Below, in pieces: positions 24,118-36,800 of a stretch of DNA of 64,000 bases. Source of the stretch: Octopus sinensis (lineage: Eukaryota). Position 1 is the stretch's first letter, and each line of letters begins with the position of its first letter. The notes under the pieces are model-generated. The model was not told where the DNA came from and searched no databases. It saw only the letters and a program-made list of their open reading frames with translations. The stretch lies in NCBI RefSeq assembly GCF_006345805.1, contig NW_021833268.1, forward strand, positions 1 to 64,000, read 5' to 3'. A program made the translations under genes and the position numbers.

Positions 24118-24206
24118 TATAACAATAAAGGTTTTTTGCAACAAGTTGCTTAACCACATACCATATGTGGTTAAGCAACTTGTTGCAAAAACCCCTTATT
24201 GTTATA
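24118..24206. repeat. Near-perfect palindrome, about 43-bp arms, 3-nt loop
   Basis: AACAATAAAGGTTTTTTGCAACAAGTTGCTTAACCACATA-CCA-TATGTGGTTAAGCAACTTGTTGCAAAAACCCCTTATTGTT; 2 mismatches. Confidence 0.95.
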
Positions 24207-24296
24207 ATTGTATAAATTTTTTGCCGAATATGGTCCTTTTCCAAACTGAAATACTACTAGGTGAAATTTGTTGATTTTATATATATATATATATAT

Positions 24297-24545
24297 CGGT
24301 GGTACGTAAAAAGCACCAATCCGATCGTGACTGTTGCCAGCCTCACCTGGCACGTAAAAAGCACCCACTACACTCACGGAGTGGTTGGCGTTAGGAAGGG
24401 CATCCAGCTGTAGAAACATTGCCAGATCAGACTGGAGCCTGGTGAGGCCTTCTGGCTTCCCAGATCCCCGGTCGAACTGTCCAACCCATGCTAGCATGGT
24501 GAACGGACGTTAAACGATGATGATGATGATAATGATGATGATGAT
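24297..24545 (+). mobile_element. RTE 3' UTR fragment with (GAT)n tail
   Basis: Matches 23770-24083. Confidence 0.88.
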
Positions 24546-24943
24546 ATACATACACACACAGGTGAAAATAGATGTTTGTTGAACATTATAAAAGTTAAAT
24601 TGGAAAGTTAAGTAAATGTGTTATGTCTACAGAATACCATGTCTTCAGTGTTTATTTAAAAGTCTTTATTAAGTAAAATAAACAGATATACTGTAAAAAG
24701 ATATATATGACCCTGGGAGACTATAATGATCGTGTATGAAGTGAAACTTTCAGAGAAGTGTGGGGAGAGGGAAGAGTAATTTCATATTGTTTAATTAAAA
24801 ATCAGAAAGAAAAATTGATTTTATAAAAGTAAAAAAAATGTACATTAATTACATCCTAATTAGCTATGAATTGCATTACAAATCAAATGTGATTTAATTC
24901 TCTGGCATACAAGCTAGCAACTATTTATTCCTGGGTGCTCCAG

Positions 24944-25050
24944 ATTGTCAACCTTCAGCTTATCACATTTGTATGCTTTTAATCTCTCACATAACTCTAT
25001 CACTGAATCAAGTAGCTACCCCTTCACGTTACTGCCAAATTCAGACACTT
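24944..25050 (+). CDS. Candidate exon (phase 2-1: LSTFSLSHLYAFNLSHNSITESSSYPFTLLPNSDT), leucine-rich repeat
   Basis: LSHLYAFNLSHNSITE...F..LPN fits the 24-aa LxxLxxLxLxxNxIxxxxxxxFxxL register. Donor T|GTGAGG; acceptor GTGCTCCAG is weak. Phase-compatible with 17152. Confidence 0.5.
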
Positions 25051-25124
25051 GTGAGGGAGAGGCACCCCTTCATAAGGGACTCAAGCCCTTTGCTTGTCAT
25101 TTGTCAGGACTCATGTTTCTATCC

Positions 25125-25545
25125 TTTACTCTTTTTACTCTTTTACTCTTTTACTTGTTTCAGTCATTTTGACTGCGGCCATGCTGGAGCACCGCCTTTA
25201 GTCGAGCAAATCGACCCCGGGACTTATTCTTTGTAAGCCCAGTACTTATTCCATCGGTCTCCTTTGCTGAACCGCTAAGTGACGGGGACGTAAACATACC
25301 AGCATCGGTTGTCAGGTAATGCTAGGGGGACAAACACAGACACACAAACACACACACACTTACATATATATATATACATATATACGACAGGCTTCTTTCA
25401 GTTTCCGTCTACCAAATCCACTCACAAGGCATTGGTCGGCCCGGGGCTATAGCAGAAGAAACTTGCCCAAGATGCTACGCAGTGGGACTGAACCCAGAAC
25501 CATGTGGTTGGTTAGCAAGCTACTTACCACACAGCCACTCCTGCG
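25125..25545 (-). mobile_element. Family A SINE
   Basis: Consensus match. Confidence 0.9.
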
Positions 25546-27202
25546 CCTTTAATTTTTTTTTTTTAGTTTGTAGCAGATGGTTTTCTTTGAATTCAAATCT
25601 GGAATGTTTAAGTTTGAAAATGAAAACTTCTGGCAAAAATATCACTTTATTTAGTAATGCTGACCAAAATTAAATTTGGCTGTTACCCTGAACTGTATTA
25701 TAATGCCTACTGGCATTTTTCTAGCCAATTATTCCTTAAGATCAGATTTTGATAGGTATTAACAGACAAAAAGCTTATTAGCTGTTGTTATTATCAGTAT
25801 TGTGGAGGCACATGGCCTAGTGGTTAGAGCAGCGGACTTGCGGTCGAGGGATCGTGGGTTCAAATCTCGGACCAGGCGATGTGTGTGTTTATGAGCATTC
25901 TGAGTTCAAATACCGCCAAGGTCGACTTTGCCTTTTACCCTTTCAGAGTCAGTAACATTAATACCAGTCAAGTACTGGGGGGTGTGAAGGTACACGGCCT
26001 AGTGGTTAGAACAGTGGACTCGTGGTCGAGAGATCACGGGTTCAAATTTCAGACCGGGCGATGTGTGTGCTTATGAGTGAAACACTTAAGCTCCACGCGG
26101 CTCCAGCAGAAGGTAATGGTGAACTTCTGCTGACTCTTTGGCCACAACTTTCTATCACTCTTTCCTCCTGCATCTTGCAGCTCACCTGTGACAGACCGGC
26201 GTCCCATCTGGGTGGGGAACCTATATGCCAAAGAAACCGGGAAACCGGCCCTTATGAACCAGGCATGGCTTGAGTAGAAAGAAGCAATTATTAGAATTAT
26301 TAAGGCCTCAAGCTGGCAGAATTGTCAGCATACTGGACAAAACACTCCATGGTATTTCCTCTGGTTTTATATTCTGAGTTCAAATACCACAGAGATTAAC
26401 TTTACCTATCAGGGCCGATTAAAATTATGCCAGTTGATTACCGGATCTGATGTAATTGACTATCCCTCCCTGTGGCTTGAAAAATTTTTCTTTGCAGCCC
26501 AGATCACTATAAGACATTGTAGTACAAATGGATAAGAATGAGCCATAAATTGAAATAAGGAAACCGGGAAACCAGCCCTTATGAGCCAGGCATGGCTTGA
26601 GTAGGAACAAGCAATTCTAAGTATTATTAAGGCCTCGAGCTGGCAGAATTGTTAGCATACTGGACAAAATGCTCCATGATATTTCCTCTGAAGGCAGCAA
26701 GCTGGCAGAAACATTAGCATGCCTCATGAAATGCTTAACAGTATTTCGTCTGCCACTACGTTCTGAGTTCAAATTCCGCCGAGGTTGACTTTGCCTTTCA
26801 TCCTTCAGGGTCGATTAAATAAGTACCAGTTACGCACTGGGATTGATACAATCGACTTAATCCCTTTGTCTGTCCTTGTTTGTTTCCTCTGTGTTTAACC
26901 CCTTGTGGGTAGTAAAGAAATAGGTATTTCCTCTGGTTTTAAATTCTGAGTTCAAATACCACAGAGATTAACTTTACCTTTCAGGGCTGATTAAAATAAT
27001 ACCAGTTGAGTACTGGATCTGATGTTATTGACTACCCCTCTCTGTGGCTTGAAAATTTTTTCTTTGTGGCCCAGATCACTGTAAGACATTGTAGTACAAA
27101 TGGATTAGAGTGAGCCATATATTGAAATAAGGAAACCAAGAAACCAGCCCTTATGAGCCAGGCATGGCTTGAGTAGGAACAAGCAATTATAAGCATTATT
27201 AA

Positions 27203-27421
27203 CCCTTTAGTATTTAAACCGGCCATATCCGGCCAAAATATTTAATCTGTTTTATGTTCAAACTGACCAGATCCAGGCTCTCACACCTACCCTACAATGT
27301 TATTCTACATTAAGTAATTACACCATCAAGATCTTGAAGATATGAGATAATGCATGATTAATTAAAATCAATGGGAATCAATAAGCATTATGTTTGATAG
27401 AATAATCTGAACACTAAAGGG
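27203..27421. mobile_element. piggyBac-type MITE
   Basis: TTAA|CCCTTTAGT ... ACTAAAGGG|TTAA; absent from the two upstream module copies. Confidence 0.9.
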
Positions 27422-27486
27422 TTAAGGCCTCGAGCTGGCAGAATTGTTAGCATACTGGACAAAATGCTCCATGATATTTCCTCTGA

Positions 27487-28458
27487 AGGCAGCAAGCTGG
27501 CAGAAACATTAGCACGCCTCATGAAATGCTTAACGGTATTTCGTCTGCCACTACGTTCTGAGTTCAAATTCTGCCGAGGTTGACTTTGCCTTTCATACTT
27601 TCGGGGTCGATTAAATAAGAACCAGTTACACACTGGGATCGATATAATTGACTTAATCCCTTTGTCTGTCCTTGTTTGCCTCCTCTGTGTGTAGCCCCTT
27701 GTGGGTAGTAAAGAAATAGGTATTTCGCATGCTGCTACGTTCTGAGTTCAAATTCTGCCGAGGTTGACTTTGCCTTTCATCCTTTTGGGGTCGATTAAAT
27801 AAGTACCAGTTATGCACTGGGATCGATATAATTGACTTAATCCCTTTGTCTGTCCTTGTTTGCCTCCTCTGTGTTTAGCCCCTTGTGGGTAGTAAAGAAA
27901 TAGGTATTTCGCATGCTGCTACGTTCTGAGTTCAAATTCTGCCGAGGTCGACTTTGCCTTTCATCCTTTCGGGGTCGATTAAATAAGTACCAGTTATGCA
28001 CTGGGATCGATATAATCGACTTAATTCCTTTGTCTGTCCTTGTTTGCCTCCTCTATGTTTAGCCCCTTGTGGGTAGTAAAGAAATAGGTATTTCGCATGC
28101 TGCTACGTTCTGAGTTCAAATTCTGCCGAGGTCGACTTTGCCTTTCATCCTTTCGGGGTCGATTAAATAAGTACCAGTTACGCACTGGGATCGATATAAT
28201 CGACTTAATTCCTTTGTCTGTCCTTGTTTGCCTCCTCTATGTTTAGCCCCTTGTGGGTAGTAAAGAAATAGGTATTTCGTCTGCTGTTATGTTCTGAGTT
28301 CAAATTCTGCCGAGGTTGGCTTTGCCTTTCATCCTTTCGTGGTCGATTAAATAAGTACCAGTTATGCACTGGGATCGATATAATCGACTTAATCCCTTTA
28401 TCTGTCCTTGTTTGCCTCCTCTGTGTTTAGCCCCTTGTGGGTAGTAAAGAAATAGGTA
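27487..28458 (+). repeat. Family B SINE pentamer (about 184-bp units)
   Basis: GAAATAGGTATTTC junctions near 27714, 27897, 28081, 28264 and 28450. Confidence 0.92.
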
Positions 28459-29207
28459 TTTCCTCTGGTTTTAAATTCTGAGTTCAAATACCACAGAGAT
28501 TAACTTTACCTTTCAGGGCCAATTAAAATAATACCAGTTGAGTACCGGATCTGATGTAATTGACTACCCCTCCCTGTGGCTTGAAAAATTATTCTTTGCG
28601 GCCCAGATCACTGTAAGACATTGTAGTATAAATGGATTAGAATGGGCCATAAATTTAAACTCAAGAAGTAATTTTTTTCAACAAATGATCAAACTGCTAA
28701 TTTAGTGTCTTTGGTTTATGACACCCATTGATTATACCTGTCATTGAATCAGCGGAAAAATTATAGTCTTTTCCAGTAGTTTTAATCTATTTGAAAACCT
28801 ATTAATTTAATTTTCACAATAAGTGGGTGAATATATTAACATCTTTTGTTATTTGTTTGTTGTACAATTGATTGGAAATGTGAGTAATGATAAGGTTAAT
28901 TTTGCTAACGAGCAGCTGTATGACTTTTGGAATCAATGGCTGAGAGTTAATCACAACAAAGTAAACATCTGTCATATTTGAGAGTCAGATGACACTCATC
29001 ACGTATCTTTTATCTTTTGCTTGTTTCAGTTACTTGACTGTGGCCATGCTGGTGCACCACCTTGGAGAATTTTTTAGCCGAGTGAATCGACCCTGGGACT
29101 TATATTTTTTTAAAGCCTAGTACTTTTTCTATCCGTCTCTTTTGCTGAATTGCTAAATTATGGGGATGTAAACATACCAACACCAGTATATGTATATGTA
29201 TGTATAT

Positions 29208-30231
29208 ACTTTGATACTTGCTTTGATACTTTGATAGGTTTCGGCCATTATTGGCCCAGGCCATGTCTAACTTAATAGCACCACCTGGTGAAGTCTTTCA
29301 AGTCAGAATTTGGGCACTATGGCCCACTCAAGTAGAGAGTTATTGTTTACAGACACATATCTGGGTGTAGGGGGTTTATCTGGGATTTCTTGAAGGAATC
29401 TGTCCAAAGACTTCTTGAACCCTATAGGGTCAGTTTCTGTTTTAATGTGTTTTGGTGTAATGTTAAAGAGAGCGGGGCCAATTGAGGTGAAATAATTGTG
29501 CCGTATTGTTGTTATGAGATGAGAGTGCGATTTTTGTTTGGGCGGATGGCACGGGGCCCAAGCCTTGGATGTACCTTAAAGGTGATGCCAACATCATTTG
29601 GGCAATGCTGATGGAATATTTTCCACATCATGCAGATGATGTAGCGCTCACGACGACGTTGGAGAGAATAGAGTTTTAGCTTTTCTAGTCGACCCCAATA
29701 GTCGAGGCCTGTCATGCCATCTATCGTTTTTGTGATTGCCCTTTGAGGTGCTTCAACTTTTGATACCTTGTATTGTGTGGGGAGACCACAGTGGACAACA
29801 GTATTCAAGGTTGGGTCGGGCAAAAGTGGAGAAGAGAAGGATAATAGTGTGGATATCTCTCGACTGGAAAGTTCTGAGAATCCAGGAACACATTCTGCGG
29901 GCCATGTCAACTTTGGTGTTTGAGTGGCCCAGCTTATGTTGTTGTCCACAATTACTCCCAAGTCTCTGATGTTGTTGGACGCCGCGAGAGTTTCACCTGA
30001 AGGAAGGGAGTATGGGAGTTTCAGGGCATCCTCTTTTCCAAAGTGGATTAGCTCAAATTTATCCTCGTTCAGCAGCATATTGTTTTTTCTGCCCATTGGA
30101 TAACAGCCAGTAGATCTGACTGAAGGCATGTCCGGTCACTCGCCTCATTTATGACCTTCTGTAGCTTGGAATCATCTGCAAAGATTTTTATGTTGCCGTG
30201 CTTGATGATGTCATTGATGTCATTAATGTAG
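29208..30231 (-). mobile_element. 5'-truncated CR1-type LINE (RT C-half and 3' end)
   Basis: [43 protein letters not shown]; (ATCAAAGT)n tail; a different subfamily from 2390-5455. Confidence 0.93.
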
Positions 30232-30472
30232 ATATATATATATATAATATATATATATATATGTATATGTATGTATATATATATATGTATATGTATGTAT
30301 ATATATATGTATATGTATGTATATATATATATATATGTATGTATGTATATATTTATATATGTATATGTATGTATATATATATATGTATGTATATATATGT
30401 ATATGTATGTATATATATATATGTATGTATATATATATATGTATGTATATATATATGTATATGTATGTATAT

Positions 30473-30504
<32 letters not shown>

Positions 30505-30554
30505 GTATGTATATATATATGTATATGTATGTATATATATATATATGTATGTAT

Positions 30555-30588
<34 letters not shown>

Positions 30589-30620
30589 ATGTATGTATAT
30601 ATATGTATATGTATGTATAT
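30232..30620. repeat. (AT)n/(ATGT)n compound microsatellite
   Basis: Visible directly. Confidence 0.95.
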
Positions 30621-31249
30621 CATTCTTTCCTTCTTCTATCAGCCCCTTCACACTTACTTCGTTCATTCCACTCTTTGTTCTTTCATTACCCTCTCTCACA
30701 TTTCCTTGCCTACTCTTCATGCTCACCTTCCCTCCTCCTTCACTCTGTCCCTTTCATTTTTTTCTCGACCCTCCTTTATTCTTCTGTCCCTCCACATCTA
30801 CCTCTCTCTCTTCTCTCCCCCACATAACTGGTGTTCGGCCAAGCCTGACCTTTCTTTCTTGGTTTGACTACCATCTGTGCAACATCTATATTCCTCCCTG
30901 TGCCTGTCTAATCTTGTGCCCCTGCCATAAGGCTTTACTTCCATACACACCAGCTTAATTTAATTCGTCCTTAGTCGAAAGACACCTGTTGTTATGTCCT
31001 GTTATTTGTATTTGTGTACCGGTTCTCTGTTTTTTACATCCTTGTTTTCGTATACATTCGCTGCTTTCTTCCAAGGAATCTAATGCTCTTAGATTAGATT
31101 TTCCTTGGGGGCTGGCCATATTGGAGCAATCTTGAGTATAACCAGCCAAAATTGGAAAGATAATCTGAAACTTGACTGAGGAAAGAAAACTCCGAATGAC
31201 CCATCATTGTTTTCTGGATGTTTTGTTGTCCCCTATTTTGTACCACCTA

Positions 31250-32150
31250 ACTGGTGGTTGGTGAGGAGAAACGGGAGACGGGTGACGGCGGGGCGGGTAT
31301 GGGGGGAGAGTGTAGATGCATGGTTCACAGAACGTGCTCTGGCAAGGGTGGTGTGGATAGTGGTGAGGGGATATCCACGTAGGATGAAGTGGCGAGCCAT
31401 GAGTTGAGACTGAGTCTCAAAGTCATGGGTGTAATTGCAGAGCCTGTGTAGACTGAGGAATTAGGAGCAGGAGGTGGAGAGCTTGGTGTGTTTAAGGTGG
31501 GAGGGGGAGAAGTTGAGGTATGAGTGTGTGTCTGTGTGTTTATAGTGGATGGAGGTGGTGAGAGTGGAGTGATGAATGCTGACTGAAATGTTGAGAAAGG
31601 TGACTGAGGTGTTAGAAATAGTGCAGGAGAAGTGGAGGGCAGGATGGAAAGATTTGACAAAAGAGAGGAAGGAGTCTAGATGTTCGCGGGAGAGTGAGGT
31701 CGCACTGATACAGTCATCAATATAACGGCCATATAGTTTGGTAGTGGGACCAGTGAAACTTGAGAATATCTGGGCCTCAATGTAGCCAACAAACAGGTTT
31801 GCAAAGTTGGGGCCCATTCTCGTTCCCATGGCCACTCCTGAGAACCACTGATAAAAATCACATGTGAACAAGAAGCAGTTAAGTGAGAGGACAAGTAAGG
31901 CAGATGAAGGAGTGTGGATGTGTCAGGTTGGGGGTTGGGCCGAAGGTCAAGGAAATGTTGGAGTGCATGCAGCCCCTCGTGGTGAGGGATGTGTAGACTC
32001 TTGATGTCAAGAGTGAAGAGAAGTTTAGAGGGGCCAAGAGAGAAGGAGAAAGAGTTGAACAAACAAAGAGCATGGTTGGTGTCATGGATATAAGAGGGGA
32101 GGAATGCCACTAGGGAGGCAAGAACACGGTCAAGATATCTGGATATATAT
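31250..32150 (-). mobile_element. Penelope-like element reverse transcriptase fragment (frameshifted)
   Basis: LLFTLDIKSL, GVAMGTRMGPNFANLFVG.IE, RYIDD, FHPALHF, VTFL, YK.TD.HSYL: Penelope-type RT motifs. Confidence 0.88.
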
Positions 32151-32332
32151 ATATATATGCAAAACATTCTATACCTGAGATTTGAAATCAGATGTCACTA
32201 CTATTCATATCATCTGTGGATAAATTTTAAATTTGCTGATATCACCATCAGTGACATAAGTGGATCGCAGGCACAATAGCATTAAACAGCTATGAATTAT
32301 GAATTTGTATGAAGCGTAAGGATGCTTAACAA

Positions 32333-32363
<31 letters not shown>

Positions 32364-32367
<4 letters not shown>

Positions 32368-33280
32368 GTCATCCCATAAATAATGCGGGTTTTTCAATTG
32401 CATGAACTAAAAGTCGGAAGGGGACGGGATGAACTACCTGCACCAACTTGCTCTAAAAGTAGGAAGTGATTTTACCTTGTCTTAGTGCAAGTTTTGTAGA
32501 ATGCAGTTCGATTTTAACAGTTATTTTCCAAAGCTATAATGGATGTGACAAAGGAGCATATTCAACATGTTTTGCTTTATGAGTTCAATAAAGGCAACAA
32601 TGTAATGGAAAGTGTAAGGAATATTAATGCAATATATGGGGATTGGACAATAAATGAAAACTAGTGTCAATGGTGGTTCCGGAAATTCTTAGCCAGAAAC
32701 TAGAGCCTAGAAGATGACCCTCATCCTGGAAGATCTGTAGAGTCCGATGAGGACGTCCTGCAAACCCTGGTGGAATAAAATCCCATCGTCACTGTTGAGG
32801 AACTAGCAGAGAAGCTTGGATTTGGTCATTCAACCAATAATTGACCCCAGCATTAGAAGAAAAACGACCATCTTTGGTTACAAGACGAAAGATGTTCTTC
32901 CATCAGGATAATGCTTGGCTACATCCAGCAAGGATGACATTCCAAAGGCTGGAGCAGTTTGAATGGAAAATGATGCCTCACCCATCATATTCACCAGACA
33001 TTGCCTCATCTGATTATCATTTATTCTGCAGTCTTCAGAATCATTTGGATGGAAAAAATATGAATTCTGTAGACAAGGTCAGAACAATACTGGAGGAGTA
33101 TTTTTCATCATGGACAAGGGAATTTTGGAAGAGGGGACTTGCAAGTCTACCAGAGAGATGGAAGAGCATTGTAGAAAATGAAGAATAGTATATTTTAGAT
33201 TAAAAAAGAACTTTGTTTATCTTCATTTTGAAAAATAAAAGAAGTATTAAAAAAAATAGCATTATTTAGGGATAATCCAA
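32364..33280 (+). mobile_element. Internally deleted mariner transposon
   Basis: TA-flanked TIRs TTGGGTCATCCCATAAATAATGC / GCATTATTTAGGGATAATCCAA. MDVTKEHIQHVLLYEFNKG at 32539; HQDNA, HPSYSPDIASSDYHLF. Confidence 0.93.
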
Positions 33281-33282
33281 TA

Positions 33283-33513
33283 TATTCTGTTATGTCTGGG
33301 GAAAGTCATTTTCTTTTTGCACCTTATAATTTAACACATTCACCGGTAAAATTTCCACTTATTTATTTTTTAAATTTTATTTTTGAAAAGATTGCAAGAT
33401 GCAACGAAAATTTTAGGAGAATAAAAATAAGAAATAAGTGGAAATTCTACTGGTGAGTGTATTATATTATAAGGCACAAAAAGAAAATGACTCTCCCCAG
33501 GCACAACAGAATA
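33283..33513. mobile_element. Fold-back/MITE-like element, about 82-bp imperfect inverted arms
   Basis: 33283-33364 is the reverse complement of 33432-33513 at roughly 85-90% by eye. Confidence 0.75.
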
Positions 33514-33815
33514 TGCTTCAACACACGAACTCATATAAAGAATCTTGCAAACCAAATCCCAAAACCAATATATTTTTATATAGTCTCACACACACGCATA
33601 TATATACATACATTCTTTCTTTCTTTTTAGATGCCATATCCAGAATGTAAGACATAAGCTATCATGTCCTACCACAATTTTCTGTTGCTTGTTTTCTGTA
33701 ACAGTTCAGCTTCCTGATGTTTAATACCTCTTTCTCTCAACCACTTTGTAGAGCTTATCATCAATGTCATCCTTCTCCTTTCTCTGCTTCTCTTCCCTTC
33801 AATCTTTCCAGTCAT

Positions 33816-36800
33816 TGCTAAACCCTCCAGGCCCTCTTTCCTCATCATATGATCAAGAACTCTCATTTGTTTAGCCCTTATCTAATAAAGCAGTTTCTTA
33901 TGTACTGCAACTTTCTAAACCCTCCAGGCCCTCTTTCCTCATCATATGATCAAGAACTCTCACTTGTTTAGCCCTTATCTCATAAAGCAGTTCCTTATTT
34001 ACTGCAACTTTCTAAACCCTCCAGGCCCTCTTTCCTCATCATATGATCAAGAACTCTCACTTGTTTAGCCCTTATCTCATAAAACAGTTCCTTATTTACT
34101 GCAACTTTCTAAACCCTCCAGGCCCTCCTTCCTCACCATATGATCAAGAACTCTCACTTGTTTAGCCCTTATCTCATAAAGCAGTTTCTTATTTACTGCA
34201 ACTTCCTAAACCCTCAAGGCCCTTTCTCCTCATCATATCATCAAGAACTCTCACTTGTTTAGCCCTTATATCATAAAACAGTTCCTTATTTACTGCAACT
34301 TTCTAAACCATCCAGGCCCTCTTTCCTCATCATATGATCAAGAACTCTCACTTGTTTAGCCCTTATCTCATAAAACAGTTCCTTATTTACTGCAACTTTC
34401 TAAACCCTCCAGGCCCTCCTTCCTCATCATATGATCAAGAACTCTCACTTGTTTAGCCCTTATCTCATAAAGCAGTTTCTTATTACTGCAACTTGCTAAA
34501 CCTCAAGGCCCTCTTTCCTCATCATATCATCAAGAACTCTCACTTGTTTAGCCCTTATCTCATAAAACAGTTCCTTATTTACTGCAACTTTCTAAACCCT
34601 CCAGGCCCTCTTTCCTCATCATATGATCAAGACCTCTCACTTGTTTAGCCCTTATCTCATAAAACAGTTCCTTATTTACTGCAACTTTCTAAACCCTCCA
34701 GGCCCTCTTTCCTCATCATATGATCAAGACTCTCACTTGTTAGCCCTTATCTCATAAAACAGTTCCTTATTTACTGCAACTTTCTAAACCCTCCAGGCCC
34801 TCTTTCCTCATCATATGATCAAGAAGTCTCACTTGTTTAGCCCTTGTCTCATAAAACAGTTTCTTATTTACTGCAACTTGCTAAACCCTCAAGACCCTCT
34901 TTCCTCATCATATGATCAAGAACTCTCACTTGTTTAGCCCCTATCTCATAAAACAGTTCCTTATTTACTGCAACTTTCTAAACCCTCCAGGCCCTCTTTC
35001 CTCATCATATGATCAAGAACTCTCACTTGTTTAGGCCTTATCTCATAAAACAGTTCCTTATTTACTGCAACTTTCTAAACCCTCCAGGCCCTCCTTCCTC
35101 ATCATATGATCAAGAACTCTCACTTGTTTAGCCCTTATCTCATAAAACAGTTCCTTATTTACTGCAACTTTCTAAACCCTCCAGGCCCTCTTTCCTCATC
35201 ATATGATCAAGAACACTCACTTGTTTAGCCCTTATCTCATAAAACAGTTCCTTATTTACTGCAACTTTCTAAACCCTCCAGGCCCTCCTTCCTCATCATA
35301 TGATCAAGAACTCTCACTTGTTTAGCCTTTATCTCATAAAGCAGTTTCTTATTTACTGCAACTTGCTAAACCCTCAAGGCCCTCTTTCCTCATCATATCA
35401 TCAAGAACTCTCACTTGTTTAGCCCTTATCTCATAAAACAGTTCCTTATTTACTGCAACTTTCTAAACCCTCCAGGCCCTCTTTCCTCATCATATGATCA
35501 AGAACTCTCACTTGTTTAGCCCTTATCTCATAAAACAGTTCCTTATTTACTGCAACTTTCTAAACCCTCCAGGCCCTCTTTCCTCATCATATGATCAAGA
35601 ACTCTCACTTGTTTAGCCCTTGTCTCATAAAATAGTTCCTTATTTACTGCAACTTTCTAAACCCTCCAGGCCCTCTTTCCTCATCATATGATCAAGAACT
35701 CTCACTTGTTTAGCCTTTATCTCATAAAACAGTTCCTTATTTACTGCAACTTGCTAAACCCTCCAGGCCCTCTTTCCTCATCATATGATCAAGAACTCTC
35801 AGTTGCTTAGCCCTTATCTCATAAAGCAGTTTCTTATTTACTGCAACTTGCTAAACCCTCAAGGCCCTCTTTCCTCATCATATCATCAAGAACTCTCAGT
35901 TGCTTAGCCCTTATCTCATAAAACAGTTCCTTATTTACTGCAACTTGCTAAACCCTCCAGGCCCTCTTTCCTCATCATATGATCAAGAACTCTCACTTGT
36001 TTAGCCCTTATCTCATAAAACAGTTCCTTATTTACTGCAACTTTCTAAACCCTCCAGGCCCTCTTTCCTCATCATATCATCAATAACTCTCACTTGTTTA
36101 GCCCTTATCTCATAAAACAGTTCCTTATTTACTGCAACTTTCTAAACCCTCCAGGCCCTCCTTCCTCATCATATGATCAAGAACTCTCACTTGTTTAGCC
36201 CTTATCTCATAAAGCAGTTTCTTATTTACTGCAACTTGCTAAACCCTCAAGGCCCTCTTTCCTCATCATATCATCAAGAACTCTCACTTGTTTAGCCCTT
36301 ATCTCATAAAACAGTTCCTTATTTACTGCAACTTTCTAAACCCTCCAGGCCCTCTTTCCTCATCATATGAACAAGAACTCTCACCTGTTTAGCCCTTATC
36401 TCATAAAACAGTTCCTTATTTACTGCAACTTTCTAAACCATCCAGGCCCTCCTTCATCATCATATGGTCAAGAACTCTCACTTGTTTAGCCCTTATCTCA
36501 TAAAACAGTTCCTTATTTACTGCAACTTCTAAACCCTCCAGGCCCTCCTTCCTATCATATGATCAAGAACTCTCACTTGTTTAGCCCTTATCTCATAAAA
36601 CAGTTCCTTATTTACTGCAACTTTCTAAAACCTCCAGGCCCTCTTCCTCATCATATGATCAAGAACTCTCACTTGTTTAGCCCTATCTCATAAAACAGTT
36701 CCTTATTTACTGCAACTTTCTAAACCCTCCAGGCCCTCCTTCCTTATCATATGATCAAGAACTCTCACTTGTTTAGCCCTCATCTCATACAGCAGTTTCT

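Larger units (their letters stand above)
26235..28652 (+). repeat. Three tandem copies of an about 330-bp SINE-derived module with nested insertions
   Basis: GGAAACC.GCCCTTATGA.CCAGGCATGGCTTGAGTAG near 26240, 26565 and 27140; shared end GAGCCATAAATT near 26540, 27112 and 28645. Confidence 0.85.

Noticed and set aside
30069-30958. Long ORFs of Y/I/H/T/V/C (also 1920-2447, 18734-19078 and similar)
   Set aside because: Translations of AT/AC microsatellites.
31170-31205. CTGAGGA...CGAA hammerhead-like motif
   Set aside because: GAAA and the stem III/NUH part are missing.
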